Source: Octopus vulgaris (lineage: Eukaryota). Taken from it: a DNA stretch of 64,000 nucleotides. The notes beneath the pieces were generated by a model, which was not told the DNA's origin, searched no databases, and saw only the letters and a program-made list of their open reading frames with translations. Below, in pieces: positions 38,243-51,336 of this stretch (the stretch's first letter is position 1; every line of letters begins with the position of its first letter). The translations under genes were made by a program, and so were the position numbers. Location: positions 50,282,001-50,346,000 of the forward strand of contig OX597822.1 of the NCBI GenBank assembly GCA_951406725.2, in the 5' to 3' direction.

Positions 38243-39720
38243 AATAATAATAATAGTATTTTGTTTATTGGCAACAAGAGCTGAACACAAATCAATAAAG
38301 GACAATACAAAACAAGGAACAGGTGGGCTTTAGCACAAGAACATGTGTATACATTAAAACCAAAATTTAAACATGAAAATTTAGCAAAATCGGAATTTCC
38401 ACCCTGGTCCAAGTAAGAAACTCCACACGTACTGGCCGTACCGAATGCCAAGGATATCTCCGGCAGTTATTTTTCTTCTCCTAAACTCCTCCGGTTTACA
38501 AGTGTATGTTCAGAGCAGACCCATTCACATGGGCTATCCTCGCAACATTCATCCACGTTCTAACAAAAATCTGGGGTGGCGGCAAGACTTCTCTCCCTCT
38601 CAATCTCCATTACAAGTGGAACTTGTAAGCCAATGAGGACTTCGCCGAAGATGAGAGGCTCTGTCTTCAGATCTTTAATCCTCATTCACGATATCTCTCT
38701 CTAAACCAAAGAAATCAGTGTACCTTTCTCAGCTAAAATAAGGTCGTGCAGCGATTTTCACTCGGCAGTTAGACGGGTCGGTCCTACACACATCAGCAGT
38801 TGTTCCACAAAGCTCCAGAAGTCGGCAATATTCGAGCACTGGACGAGTGCACGAACACTTTCACCGCCCTGGGTGCATCTCGAACAGGTCAGTCAGACAA
38901 AACTTACGTGTCTGTTGAGCTTTTCTCGGACCGGCAGAAATCTCCCGGTAGCATTGCAAAGCGAGTGATTCCTGAAAATTATCCATAGGCCCCGGCCCGA
39001 AAATCCCCCGGTAAGATCAGTTATTTGTTCCTTCCCGACGCCCAAAGTTTCCCCGAGGACGTTATCACTCTTGTCCGTCACTAATCCATACTACAGCTCC
39101 GATATGGAACTTCCTCCGGCTATATTCACCGATTGGTAGGGAGCGGTGAGCACGTCTGGACACTTTAGATGCCCAGCACCTTTTCTCGGTATATTCTTGA
39201 TCCATGACTGTAACTCCGTCAATAGGACGAGCTGCAGATAAATCCCGTTTGACAAACGGCGGCTACACTTGCTCAAGGTAAGTGACTACTCAGTCACTTC
39301 CAACTGGCTGACAGGTTCCCACTGGATTCTCGGAACACGCCAGTATGTACATAAGCAAAGAGCATCAGTTCTTCCAGATCGTATCTTATTAGAGTAATTT
39401 TGGGGATTGTACATAGAAGTAGTATAAGCATTCGCATTTATCTCGTTCCATTTGACAAACATTGTCAGCGTTATTTATTACAATTATTACAGCACCGGAT
39501 ATTACCACCAGGTAAAACTCCTTCGACTAACACCGCCGGTCAACTAGTCATTTTCCCCACTTATTGCTCTATTCATCTAATTGAAGAAGCGTACACGGAC
39601 GAGAAACCTATAAGGGCACAAAAATGTAAGCCTAAAAACTTAACGAACTTCTTCCTTTTTCTTTTCACTTTCCTTTTTCTCCTCTCTTTATTCCTCCGAT
39701 AAACTTTAAATCATTCTGAC
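38243..39720 (-). mobile_element. L1/Tx1-like element: ORF2 C-terminus and 3' end, internally deleted
   Basis: LPVREKLNRH..TCSRC..ESVRALVQCSNIADFW (C-terminal zinc finger). 3' AATAAA and (ATT)n tail at about 38243-38270. Confidence 0.7.
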
Positions 39721-39978
39721 TATGTGTGTTAAATGGAACGAGATAGATGCAAATTTACTATGAAATTTCAAACTGAAGCAGTTGTAAATGTTCTTAAACT
39801 AGAAATAAACTATGACATTTTAATACCAATAATCGACATTTAATTGTGAATTGTTGCTCCATTTCATTTCTTATCTGAATATATTAAATGACGCTTCTTG
39901 TAGTTTAATTACCAACTACTGTTACCCTTATCGCAAAGCCTATACAGAGCAAGGTAATACACCATCTGTGCCTACGAA

Positions 39979-40015
<37 letters not shown>

Positions 40016-40017
<2 letters not shown>

Positions 40018-40190
40018 GGAAAGTTTACGAAAATAAACAAAAGATGAAGACAGGTGGTGTACAAAACAAACAGATGTATTAGTATAGCCCTCAGGAATAG
40101 AAAAAAGTATTTTACGTTTAGAGCCTACGCTCTTCTACAGAAAGGTACCCAGAAAAAACAAGGAGAGAAAAATATGTATGTAGTGGCTGC
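40016..40190 (-). mobile_element. Short HHR-bearing element, family H2
   Basis: Minus strand 40144-40110 reads CTTT-CTGTAGAA-GAGC-GTAG-GCTC-TAAA-CG-TA-AAA. Flanked by (TA)n. Confidence 0.7.
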
Positions 40191-40203
40191 ATATATATGT
40201 ATG

Positions 40204-40266
<63 letters not shown>

Positions 40267-40430
40267 ATATGTATATATGTATATGTATGTATGTACATAT
40301 ATGTATATCATTTTAAATTAATAATAAAAGGGTAACATTTATCAATTAAATTAATTAATTAATCAATCAATTAATTAATAATTTTACCAAGTAGATCGTT
40401 AAGTTCAAATAACATTCATAGGTAAAATTA

Positions 40431-40956
40431 TACAAATATTTTATAATTTCAAAGATAATTATAATTAGGGTTCAGCTAATTGCTTCACCACATACCGAAT
40501 TTAGAAATAAAAGTTAAAAATTCCATGATAGAATACTGCAGTTTTCTGCGGTACTGCTGGTAGCATATACGTGTGTATAGGAGATGGATAGTGTATTCAC
40601 ATTCGGCTCTTTAATTTTGGAAGTGTGGGTTGGATATATTTTACATGATGTCGCTCGATCGTGTGCATATTTAACCCTAGCACTTCCAAATTTTATAATT
40701 GAAATTACTACACTGAAGAGAGAAGTAAGTAAATTTTTAAGCCCTTTAATCTCGAAACGCGTATGTAGTTAATCTTGGTCGTGTTGATCCACTGTTTTTC
40801 TCTTTGCCTACGTAAAAAGAATATTTTACTGTCATGAGATTCTTACAGTAGTAGAAAAGAAATTTTTAAGTCCTATTTCTAAATTTGGTATGTGGTGAAG
40901 TAATTAGCTGAAACCTAATTATTCTTTTGTTTATATGTTTATAATCATAAAATATT

Positions 40957-40960
<4 letters not shown>
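40431..40960 (+). mobile_element. Inverted-repeat HHR element, family H1, second diverged copy
   Basis: Arms tacaaatatttta..ttcagctaatt.cttcaccacatacc.aatttagaaata and their inverse are homologous to 32604-33178. Abuts (TA)n. Confidence 0.85.
40707..40769 (+). ncRNA. Type I hammerhead ribozyme, canonical core
   Basis: Stem I ACTACA/TGTAGT; CTGAAGA; stem II GAGA/TCTC with a 26-nt loop; GAAA; ACGCGT; GTA cleavage after 40763. Confidence 0.9.
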
Positions 40961-41013
<53 letters not shown>

Positions 41014-41016
41014 CAG

Positions 41017-41142
41017 ATGTGGCTGCTTGGTAATAAACTTGGTTCCAAAGCATTTGGTCGTGTGTATCAGTCGCACTGTGTGGTAACTCAAATTAACCAG
41101 TCTTGTGACGTTGGTAGACAGAAGCTGACAAAAACCCATCGT
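41017..41142 (+). mobile_element. SINE family A, degenerate head
   Basis: gtggctg..tggtaa..cagtc.cactg.gtgg..gtagac.gaa.ctga.a.aa.cc.tcgtatata. Confidence 0.5.
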
Positions 41143-41172
41143 ATATATATATATATATGTGTGTGTGCGCGC

Positions 41173-41224
<52 letters not shown>

Positions 41225-41379
41225 ATGTATATGTATATATCTAAAAGTATATGCGTGTTTTTGCGTCTATGTTTCCCCATCTTGCTGTTGATGAAATTTT
41301 AACCATAGATATTAGACACAAATGAAGTTATATTCCTGAAATTTCAAATTCTTAGGAGTTAGTGAGACTCATTATTGGT

Positions 41380-42000
41380 GCTTAACCCCCACAATTGAGT
41401 CAGTTTTCCTAAGCTAAGACGAATACAGTTGAAGTCTTGGAAGCTGTAGAGTCACACGAGGATGCTTGTTGAGCGTTATTAGTAATTCAATGGTACAACA
41501 GTGTAAAAGTTTGCTTTGAGATATATTTAGGTTGTGAGTTTTGAAATGTGATGCATAAATTGTCGAGTAAGGGAGAAGCATTTTTGCTTCCACTGATTCA
41601 GTTGCAAAGTGTTAGTTTGGGTAAAGTTATTAGGTTTCAGACCTCCTTTGAGTCTTCTTATTAGCACTGGATCAGAGATAGTCCCCTGATGTTAACATTG
41701 ATTTCAAACCTTTCCAGATATGTAATTGGCCATCCATAGAGATTTATAGATTGCAAATTTATTCTGTTCAGGTATCTTTCAGCACAGTGATTATTGGCAA
41801 ACGCCAGAGGTGACACTTTCATTTCCCTTTAACCCTCACGTCAAAAAGTTGTTAATGTTTATTTGAGTTGGGTCTATAGATCCGTAATGCATCTTACGGC
41901 TGTGCCGGTCACCTGTATGGTGATGAATCCTGCATTCGGGAATGGTGATGACTAGGGTACGGTAGCAGACTGCTTATTGTGATCATTCGTCTTTTGGTTT
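41380..42000 (-). mobile_element. Ancient LINE 3' remnant (I/Ingi-group-like)
   Basis: Weak motif ITIQVTGTAVRCIT resembling RIITG..R.T; heavily degraded. Confidence 0.3.
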
Positions 42001-42599
42001 CATCTAGCTTTCTCGCTTTTACACACCCAGTGAACATTCATGTATTTCCGATTTCAAATAAATTTGAACAATAGATATGACACAAATTAAAAAAGATTCC
42101 CAACAACTTAACATCTCTGATTGACTTTAAGACCCTGCCCCTAACCTCCACATTTTTGAGCTTCATGTGCTCCGTTTTCCAGGAGAGAACACCTTTGAAC
42201 AGGATTTATAAGATTCAGATTTTGGAATCTGGGCACAAAGTTGAGTATTATGGGATAAAAATGTCATGTTTAGAATTTTTGTTAGGGTGTGTAAAGAGGG
42301 AAAGAACCCTCATTATACTGCAATTTTGATGAAATTCGAATCATAGGTATTCCAGTTCATTAGAGGAAATATAAAATATATAATATATAATTCTTCCATT
42401 CCATGTGACACAGGCAACGCCAAGTTCCCTGCTAGTATTAGACAAAAGCGTTTAAGAAGATGTGACAAAAATAGGAAATTTTGGGATATGTAATAATTTA
42501 GGGTGCTAGTGTGTGTGGAGTAAGAAGCTAGGACACCTGTGATGTGTTTAAATGTATACGGATGGGGTTAAATGAAAGGTGTTGAAGAATTGAAACCCC

Positions 42600-43000
42600 G
42601 ATGAACAGAAGTATGGAGAGAAAATTAAATCCAGCTCCAGAGGGAGCAAATTTCTGTACTTCACACAATCACAGCTTCACCTTTTTCAGCCGATTTCAAG
42701 ACCATGGCTCTTTCTTTTCCTACCACTTGGTTCAGAATATTATATTCTCTTTTCTGCAAGCCATTTTGCAATTTAAGTTGACATTTTTGTCTTTGCTTTC
42801 CACGTGTCTTTCGAATTTTTATCTATGTATCAGTTTCACAATATTCAGTTTAAAATGGCACCGGTGACTTTTTGAAAATTCTCGCCATACATCTCTGATC
42901 TGTAGTCTTAAATAACTTGTCTAGCTTTTCGAATATCTTAGTCATGTTCAATAACACACAGTAAAGCATGTCACATTCTGCAGATAGTAATGTGGACGCT
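42600..43000 (-). mobile_element. Penelope-like GIY-YIG endonuclease remnant
   Basis: RHV.SKDKNVN..K and LCEVQKF resemble the PLE motifs LS.H.W.LKD and CxLC..EK. Confidence 0.4.
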
Positions 43001-43357
43001 TATGAAATAGTAACGTGCGTGTCATTATCTAACTGGTAGAAATTGACAATTCTTTATACTTTCAAATATTTTAATTTTAAGTTTCAAATCGCGTAATACT
43101 TTGCTAAATTTAAACGCTAGGTGTCTTTATGAGAGTGTTACAAAATATAATCCACTGGAAATTGCTGTTATTAAAGAATAGATTCTTGACTCTGTTACTT
43201 TTTCTTTCTCTTTCATGTACCTCTATGTTACAGGGACATAACAAACCAACACTGGTTGTAAAGTGGCGGTGGATTCTACGCACACACACACATACACACA
43301 CACACACATATAGGCATATACACGCACAGACTCACACATATACATATGCGATATCTA

Positions 43358-43485
43358 GCGAATCTACTCACAAGACTTTGATCAGCCCGAGGTTATAGCA
43401 GAAAACACTTGCCCAATGAGCCAGGCAGTAGAACTGAACATAGGACTATATCGTTGAGAAGCACACTTCTTACCACACAACCACG
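43358..43485 (-). mobile_element. SINE family A head fragment
   Basis: ctcacaagactttg.tcagcccgagg.tatag.agaa.acacttgcccaa..cttaccacaca.ccac. Confidence 0.7.
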
Positions 43486-43499
43486 CAAGTATAATACTG

Positions 43500-43920
43500 T
43501 ACCAACCAGGAAAGTCCGAAGTCTCAATTAGTGGACATTACATCATATTCACACATGGACTACAATATTTTCATAGCTTCAGAAAAAATTCTATAATGTT
43601 CTAGATTTGCAGTTTTAACGAACAGGGTGGCTGACTGTCTGCAAATATTGCTGTAGAATTATCTGGGGAAGATGTATTAATTCCTTTACATTTGAAAGTA
43701 GTTGATTCTGTTTAAGTACGCCTTCTCGAAATTGATCCAAAATTGTTAGGTTTCCATTGTTCTATTGTTCTTGTTTTACTCTTCCAATATTCGTCTGCCA
43801 TTCATTCTAGCTACCGAATAGGATGATTCTTGTTAGTTGTCTGCATATGAGTGAATGCAAACACCTTTTATTCATGTCCATTAGATCACAGATATGTGTA
43901 GCACACCATGTCTGTGAGTA
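43500..43920 (-). mobile_element. RTE-like RT remnant
   Basis: INFEKAY (cf. IDFEKAFD) plus degraded flanking RT motifs. Confidence 0.4.
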
Positions 43921-44609
43921 TGTGTGTACATATGTGATACATATTTGTTTAAGCTAAATATTTTTGTAGATAATTATATGCGTATGTGTGCGTGCATGTG
44001 TGTGTGTGTGTGTGTGTAAGCAGAGAGAGAAGAGATAAAACAGAGAAAACAAGTACGTGCCTACGTGTAGTTTGAGTTTCACTTTAGGTTTGAATGTATG
44101 TACAAATACATCTCGGCGTCTATATATAGTCATATAATGCCATAAAATGTACAATTAAACATTAAATCTGTAAAGAGACCTAAGTCAGTGTTTCGTATTA
44201 ATGTTCCTCGAATGAAAATCGACGTCGATGTAGAATATCTTACCATATATATAATCTTATTTCCTCTAACATTTATTGTAATTTAATCCCGCTATTAAAT
44301 CTTGAAGATGGCATGCGCTGTGACGTAAAATCTTTATACAACAAAGAATTTCACTATATGCCATATACAATTCTAAACTCCTTACATATTTTGCGTGCAA
44401 TAGCCCGTCTCGTAATATTTTGAATATATTATTACTTTTCTGTATCCCTTTTGTAAGTTGGACAAGATTTGGTTATGAAATTTCTGGTATGTCAAGTGAA
44501 ACATTATAAAAGTATATTTTACAATGTTATGGTATAGAATATGGAATTATTATTATATTTTGGGGCGGGCATTTAGCCCTTAAACAAAGGCACTATTTAT
44601 TTTAGCTTT

Positions 44610-46445
44610 ATTATTATTATTATTACTATTACTTTTTTTTTCTTCTTTCAAATTTGCTTCCATTTCTTGCCGAGTGTCTTCCCAACTCCTAGGGCAAAGA
44701 AACTCATAGTATACATTGGTAGGCCATTTAACCAAACTCAATAGTTCGTTCATTTTTTTTATTTATTTTTTTTAAGTTAAATTAAAATACATGAGCAGCA
44801 ACAGTTCTCACATCGACAATGCTCTTCTCAATACGTGTGATGTACCAGTTAAGACAATCTTTTGCACTTCTTGCAGGGATGGTAAGTCAGGGATCATTCT
44901 CATATAATTTTCGGTTCCCTTCTTGATCATTCCTAGTGCTCCTACGATCACTGGTATTGTAACCGCCTTGAGATGCCACATTTTCTCAATTTCAATGAGT
45001 AGGTCTTTATATTTTCTGAGCTTGTCAAACTCTTTCGCTGAGATATTATGGTCACAGGGGATGCTCATGTCGATCAATAAGCAAACTTTATTGTTTTGGT
45101 CTTTCACAACAATATCTGGTTTATTGGCCTTGATGGTTCGGTCTGTATGTACTGGAAAGTCCCACAGAATGGTTACATTTTCTCCTTCAGTTACAGCCTC
45201 AGGGTGGTGATTATACCACTTGTCGGCAGTTTTGATATTGTAATGCCGACTTATTAGCCAGTGTAGATATTGGCCAACTCTGTCATGTCTTAATTTATAC
45301 TCCACTGGAGCTAAGACTTTACATCCAGAGATTAGGTGGTCCACTGTTTCAATCATGTCGTTGCAGAATCGGCATTTTGGGTCTGCTCCATTTTTCATCA
45401 CATTGGCCTGGTAGTTCCGGGTTAATAGCAGCCAGGATGAAACCTTTGCTCTCTGCTTTTAGCCCTGAGATCCGTAGCCACTGATGGGTTTGCTTCTGGT
45501 CAACATCAGCTTGTTTGCTGCGGGTCACATATTTGCCGTGCAGAGGTTTCTCCTCCCACCTATCAGCCAATTGCTCGTGCGCTTTTTTCGTTGCCATTAT
45601 TTTCACCTTCTTTGCAACAATAATTGCCGTACTTCCCTCGGGTTGTTCTGTTTGGGTATCCTGCACGAGATCAATAGCAAATTTTTTGCTTTCCTTTATA
45701 ATAGAATGAAGCTTCTTTCGTCTCTCGTGATTTTCCACGAGCTTTAGCATCCAGTCATTCGATATTTCGAGATATTTGGCCAGTCCAATTGTGGTTGTTT
45801 TGTAAGCTAGTTCAAATTGGATCAGGCCTCGACCTCCTTGGGCTCTGGGAAGGTAAAGGCGATCTACGTCTGCCTTTGGGTGGTGCATCCTATTACAACT
45901 CAGCAGCTTGCGTATTTTCCTATCTATATTCTTTACTTCACTCATATTCCAGTTCAACACATTGTAGCTATAAGTAACAACTGGAACTGCTAAGGAATTT
46001 ATAGCTAACACCTTGTTACGTGCATTTAGTTCAGATTTCAGGACTGCACCAACTCTCCTATAACATTCATTCCTGATCTTCTCTTTCATGCTTGCATGCT
46101 GAATACCAGAGCCTTCATTTATCCCTAAATATTTGTATGTTTGTTCTTGCTCAAGCTCTCTTATGACTGTGTCAACATCTAACACGACTGAATTTGTGGT
46201 CTTCACTTTCCCTTTCTGGAAAGTGGCCTTGGCACACTTCTCAAGTCCAAACTCCATCCCGATGTCATCGCTGAATGCTTTCACAGTGCACAATAGGCCT
46301 TCAAGTTCATTATTGTCTTTACCATAAAGTTTTAAGTCATCCATATAAAATAGATGGCTTATTTTTTTATTGGCAATTTTATACCCATACCCTGTTCTGT
46401 TTAATTCAATTGTAAGGGGTATTAGGGCTATGCAGAATATTAAAG
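44610..46445 (-). mobile_element. 5'-truncated Dong/R4-clade (RLE-type) non-LTR retrotransposon, young
   Basis: RT YMDDLKLY, KYLG, RLYLPRAQGGRGL; CRFC..ETVDHLISGC; RHD; PDIVV..ID..K..KY endonuclease. One frameshift near 45420. (TAA)n at both ends. Confidence 0.92.
44808..46445 (-). pseudogene. Partial RT-CCHC-RLE polyprotein of the Dong/R4 element
   Basis: ORFs 45349-46344 and 44808-45401 join across a small deletion (GFILAA..TRNYQANVMKNG). Confidence 0.88.
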
Positions 46446-46451
46446 GTGAAA

Positions 46452-46518
<67 letters not shown>

Positions 46519-46959
46519 GTTTATTTCTTAAAGGTCTTTCGTCACACATTTTGCGACCCGTTCAGTCAGTATCTGTTCTTTTCCGTGTCTCATCTTTACT
46601 CTGGTTTTGTTCTATGTGTTCCATCGTGTCTTTCAGTAGCATGTGTGCCTATCTACACACGCTCTGCGTGTGTTCCTGTATGTGTGTTTAAGTGTTTGTT
46701 ATTTGCAAGCTTTGTGTACGCTTGCATGGGTTTGTGTATTATACTGCTTGTACCATTATCTCTTTTTTTCACTATTCTGCCTTCAGTCTTCAGATAGGGA
46801 TACATGACACAGAAATACAAGATGGAAGAGACTGGACACGATCAGAGAGAACAAGAGACACAGAGAAAAGAAAGATTTAGTCAGTGAATAGATAACAAAG
46901 TGTTTGACGAAAGAACACTTACAAATTAACTAATAATATTACTAAAGCTAATCGTCCGT

Positions 46960-47105
46960 CTTTAAGTCTGATTTGAAATTCCGGCCATGTCATCTTTGGC
47001 TTTCATTCTTTCGGGGTCAATAAATTAAGACCCAGCTGCGCACTGGGATCGATCTAATTGACTAGCCACCTCTCCAATAATTTCGGGCCTTGTGCCTAGA
47101 GTAGA
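46960..47105 (+). mobile_element. SINE family B, 3' fragment
   Basis: ctttcattctttcggggtcaataaattaag.cccag..cactggg.tcgat..aatttcgggccttgtgcct. Confidence 0.75.
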
Positions 47106-48099
47106 AAATAATATTGATTAAGCTAAAGAGATTACATAAATAGTGCGTGTGTTTATTTGCAAAATGACCGTCCCTAAATATAATATCTGCCTCAACACAC
47201 GATTTCATATCAAGAATATTGCAAAACAAACATATAAAAGTTTTGACCCAATTTTCTTGTTTTGTCATCAAGGGCCCGGAACTGTGGTTGAAGGTGATTC
47301 GCTTCTACTCCCTAGAATTTTTGTGGCGAAGCAAATTCAAAATTTGCCTCTCCCAACATACATTTGTCTAAAACTTGATCTGCTTAAAGTCTCAAAAGGG
47401 AACAGATAAATAAAATAAAAAAGCCCGGAATGTTTACTAATGGTCATAAAATTTCCAATGGTCATTAAATTTTCCTACAACGATATATTACTGAACTAAA
47501 GCAGCGTCAACATAAAAATATATAACAACAACGACATATCCAGCAGCTACGGCCACTTCTCAGATACGAGTGCAATTGATGACCTATTAAACTCCACATT
47601 CAACAGCTCTTCACAGTCAGCTATCACATTCTTCATGTCTTCTTAATACTAAAACTGACACATCATCATCATCATTGCCATCGTGTTCTACTGTTAATAT
47701 CCTTACCACAACTAAATATTCCTCACTCTCTCAGAATAACGCAAGAGATCCATCACCTCCATTATCATCATATACCACTGCTACTATCTTAAACACCACT
47801 ACTACTTCAATTAGTGAAGAATCATCATGCTTTTCTTTCACCACAATGTCCAGCCTAATATGAATGTATACCTCACAGCTCTATGACAAATGTGCCAACT
47901 GTAGATAAATTAAAATCTATGAACATATAAATCCCCAAAATATTTTAGTATTCTCAACACAAGAGACTATACTTACGCAGTGACTGCAACTTCACACATT
48001 TGGCTGAGACAAGATGCACAGCTTGTACAAGCAACATCAGCTAACGCCAAGGCACACATCTTATAACACCACAATCAGCACCACTAAATGCTAAATCAG

Positions 48100-49050
48100 A
48101 CTCAATAACTTCCACACGTTTAACCGGGAATCATAAAATTACCAGCTATTCCCAATGCGAAAGATTATTTCTGAAGCATGACTGCCCTTTCACTAATATT
48201 TCAGGGACTCAACACTCTATTAATGGTATGACGCCAGGCGACCACTACGTCTACATTAGAAACAACCCTTACAATAACAATGTTAGTCCAGACTTTCATC
48301 AAATTCCAGATGTCGCCCCGAAATCCACCGGCTGCAATAGTAAAATCAACATTCACAAATCATATAACTATAACCATTTCCAAAAGTGCAACCAGAACAA
48401 CTCCATAGAACAGCCCCTTCCAAAACAAGACAATTCCTTTTTAGCCATGATGAATCTGGCTAAAGAATTCAAAAGCAACCTTCTAGCTCTCACACAGCAC
48501 TAACCACTGCTGTTAACCCAGTGCACAACCACACAGCATTTCTGTCATTAACCCACAAATTCAACCCAGAAATAATAATGAATATACAAGTTCTCTTACA
48601 CTTTAGAAATTGAACAAAATATCATATGTTAAAGATTTTACACCAAAAGAAAAGTTGATTTGTCTAGCGCTTAGTGGAATGCATCTGATTGGAATAACAT
48701 ATTCACTACATGGAAATGACAGCAGGATATGGAAACAAGTAGGAGTAATCATGAAAACAAACTGGTCTCAACATATTACCAACCTCAATATTAAAGAATG
48801 AATGAGGCTTCTGTACGAAGAGCGAAGCAGGATATGCCGAAAGCCTGCCCTATATAAACATCTAAAAATCCAAACTCTCTCAACAAATGAAATTGAGATA
48901 AAATATAAGAAAATAAATAACGTTGGACTCGAGCTAAACCTATCTCATGAAAAAGAAACTTCTGTAAAGAAACAACAAGCAGTGGAAAATATAAAATCTA
49001 TTCTTAATTTCTTTTTCCACTTTGATAAACAAGACTCGTCTACATATAAC
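48100..49050 (+). mobile_element. Highly degraded CR1-like LINE related to 5700-7620
   Basis: AVENIKSILNFFFHFDKQDSSTYNQIHSL parallels AIDNTKSNPRASYRYAKETATVHCRIGPL. Confidence 0.45.
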
Positions 49051-49560
49051 CAGATTCATTCTCTAATAGCATTGAAGATAACCTTAAGGATCAGATTATT
49101 TCTCCATGTATACCTGTCCAATGCTAATGAACAGTTGGAAAGAATATTTTTCAATGTTCCGACCTTTCTGCATTTGCATATGTTTTTCTCTGGGACGTTC
49201 AATCTTACTAGATTTGTAGGTGATGGCAAAACCTCATAGGATGAATGAATCAGAAACTTAGCCGATATGTGGTCCACTTCCATATCTCATCTCAACTTAT
49301 TTTCCTCTCAGTAACATGTTCTTCCCATCTCGTCACCTGTCCTCGTTGAACACAACGGATCAAATGAAGCTCTCTTCTCTCTCCTTCCCTCGTTTTGACG
49401 CTGTTGCTAACAACAGATCTGCGTTCACTCCACATCATACTGGCGAACGGTCTGAACTGATCTGCGCCAAAACCAAGTTATTTCCGATGGTTTTGCGTTG
49501 CACCCACCATATATCTGTGTGTGAGAGAAGACGAGATGTCATCAGTCCACACAAGGATCT
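49050..49560 (-). mobile_element. HERO-like RLE non-LTR retrotransposon fragment
   Basis: YEVLPSPTNLVR..CKCRKVGTLKNILSNCSLALDRYTWRNNLIL (cf. HILS.C..AL..RY.WRH..VL). Confidence 0.7.
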
Positions 49561-49574
49561 ACACAATTTTTTCT

Positions 49575-50487
49575 CTGGCGTTAACCTGTATTTTACCTTC
49601 TAATATTCCCACAAATCTACTAACTTTTTAGACGTAACTTTAAATTCAGAAATCTCGCAATACTCTCTTTATCACAGACCTAACCAATACCTTAAATTCT
49701 TAAGCATTCTTTCCAATCACCACAAATCCACCTTTGATAACATAGTCAAGGGTATCTCGATCCGTGTATCTGACATATCTTCTACTGAGGAAGTATTCAA
49801 TAAACACGCACCATATTACAACCAAGCGCTCGCTGCCAGCGGCTTCTCCCAACAAATTATATACATCCCTAATACTAGGCTCAAGCAACATATATCTCAG
49901 CTCACATCGCAACGACACACCGAACATCAGAATCATAACAGACCACGCATACACTATGCTAGAACGCCGAAAGAACCCTATTAAGACAACCCTGACCCCT
50001 CCCACGCACGCATATAATACTAAGTCAAAAGCGAAAACACCTAAAATTCCTGACAACAATGAGCCATGCTGCCCTCTCCATTTTCCAAATATATTGATAG
50101 TACTACCCCTAAGCACCTCGAAAAGTGGTATAAGCTCTATTCTATGGTATACACCACGCTTCTCGCTAAACATTAAGAGCTAAGCTAAATCCTTCTTTAA
50201 TAGGCTATTCCAACTTCCCTCGCCAATATAAATATTACTCTAGTTTTTAATAGATCTACCCTGATACTACCCTATTCCACTCCACCTAACTTCGAGTCTA
50301 TCATAACCGCCTCTAATAAACAAATGCTTTCTCTCTACTATCAAAACTCACATTATAACAACGCTGAATACACGAGCGCCCAACATGTACACAGCTCCAA
50401 GATTGAACACTATCGAAAATACTACCACAACTTCTACTACCGTTAGAGATAGAATAATTAACAACAACGATAGCAATAATTATCATT

Positions 50488-50530
<43 letters not shown>

Positions 50531-51302
50531 TAATAAAAATTAATAATAATAATAATAATTATAATAATAATAATAATAATAACTTGGACCTTTCTATCCC
50601 CATCCCCAACCTCCCGTTGGGCAGTATTACCTCTTCCGTTCCTGAAAATAACCCCCAAAATACACTCACTTGTAACTGCCGTCCTGTGTCCATCTAACCT
50701 CTGCCAACCCATTGTAGAAGATCTAATGTAATTTATAAATGCACCGTCCTCAACACATTACACTATTCTATAGCTATATACATAGATTCAACCATAGATT
50801 TTAAACAACGATATGCCGCTCATCTCAGTTCTTTTAGATACGAGAAACACAGTAAATCCACAACACTTGCCAGCCATATACATCATCACAAAATTAGAAA
50901 TATTCCCCATATTTTGGCATAGCCCATAGTAGATTCAGGGCTACCGTACAAAGTTATGCTTCGAAGAGGCATTTCACATATTAAAACAAAACTCCTCGAC
51001 ACAGCTAAATAAATATAATGAAGCACTAGTTACATGCAAGCATTGTTGTTTTTATCATACCTACAAACTTTACCACAAATCTAAATGTAATCTACATAAC
51101 CACAAAGCATATAACCACAACATACCTTAGGTAATCCCCAACAACTCTACTTAACTTTCCCTTAACTCCATTTTAATCTTTAATCCTTAATTTTTTAAAT
51201 TCCCTATCTTACTTTAAGATACTACATATTTGGACATACAAGCTGATATATGTGTGTGCATGTATTTTTATGTATGTATATATATATGTTTGTGGGTACA
51301 TG

Positions 51303-51336
<34 letters not shown>

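Noticed and set aside
42405-42436. Helitron-like 3' end (ggcaacgcc..CTAG-T)
   Set aside because: Plausible, but no matching 5' end could be delimited, so it was not called as a feature.
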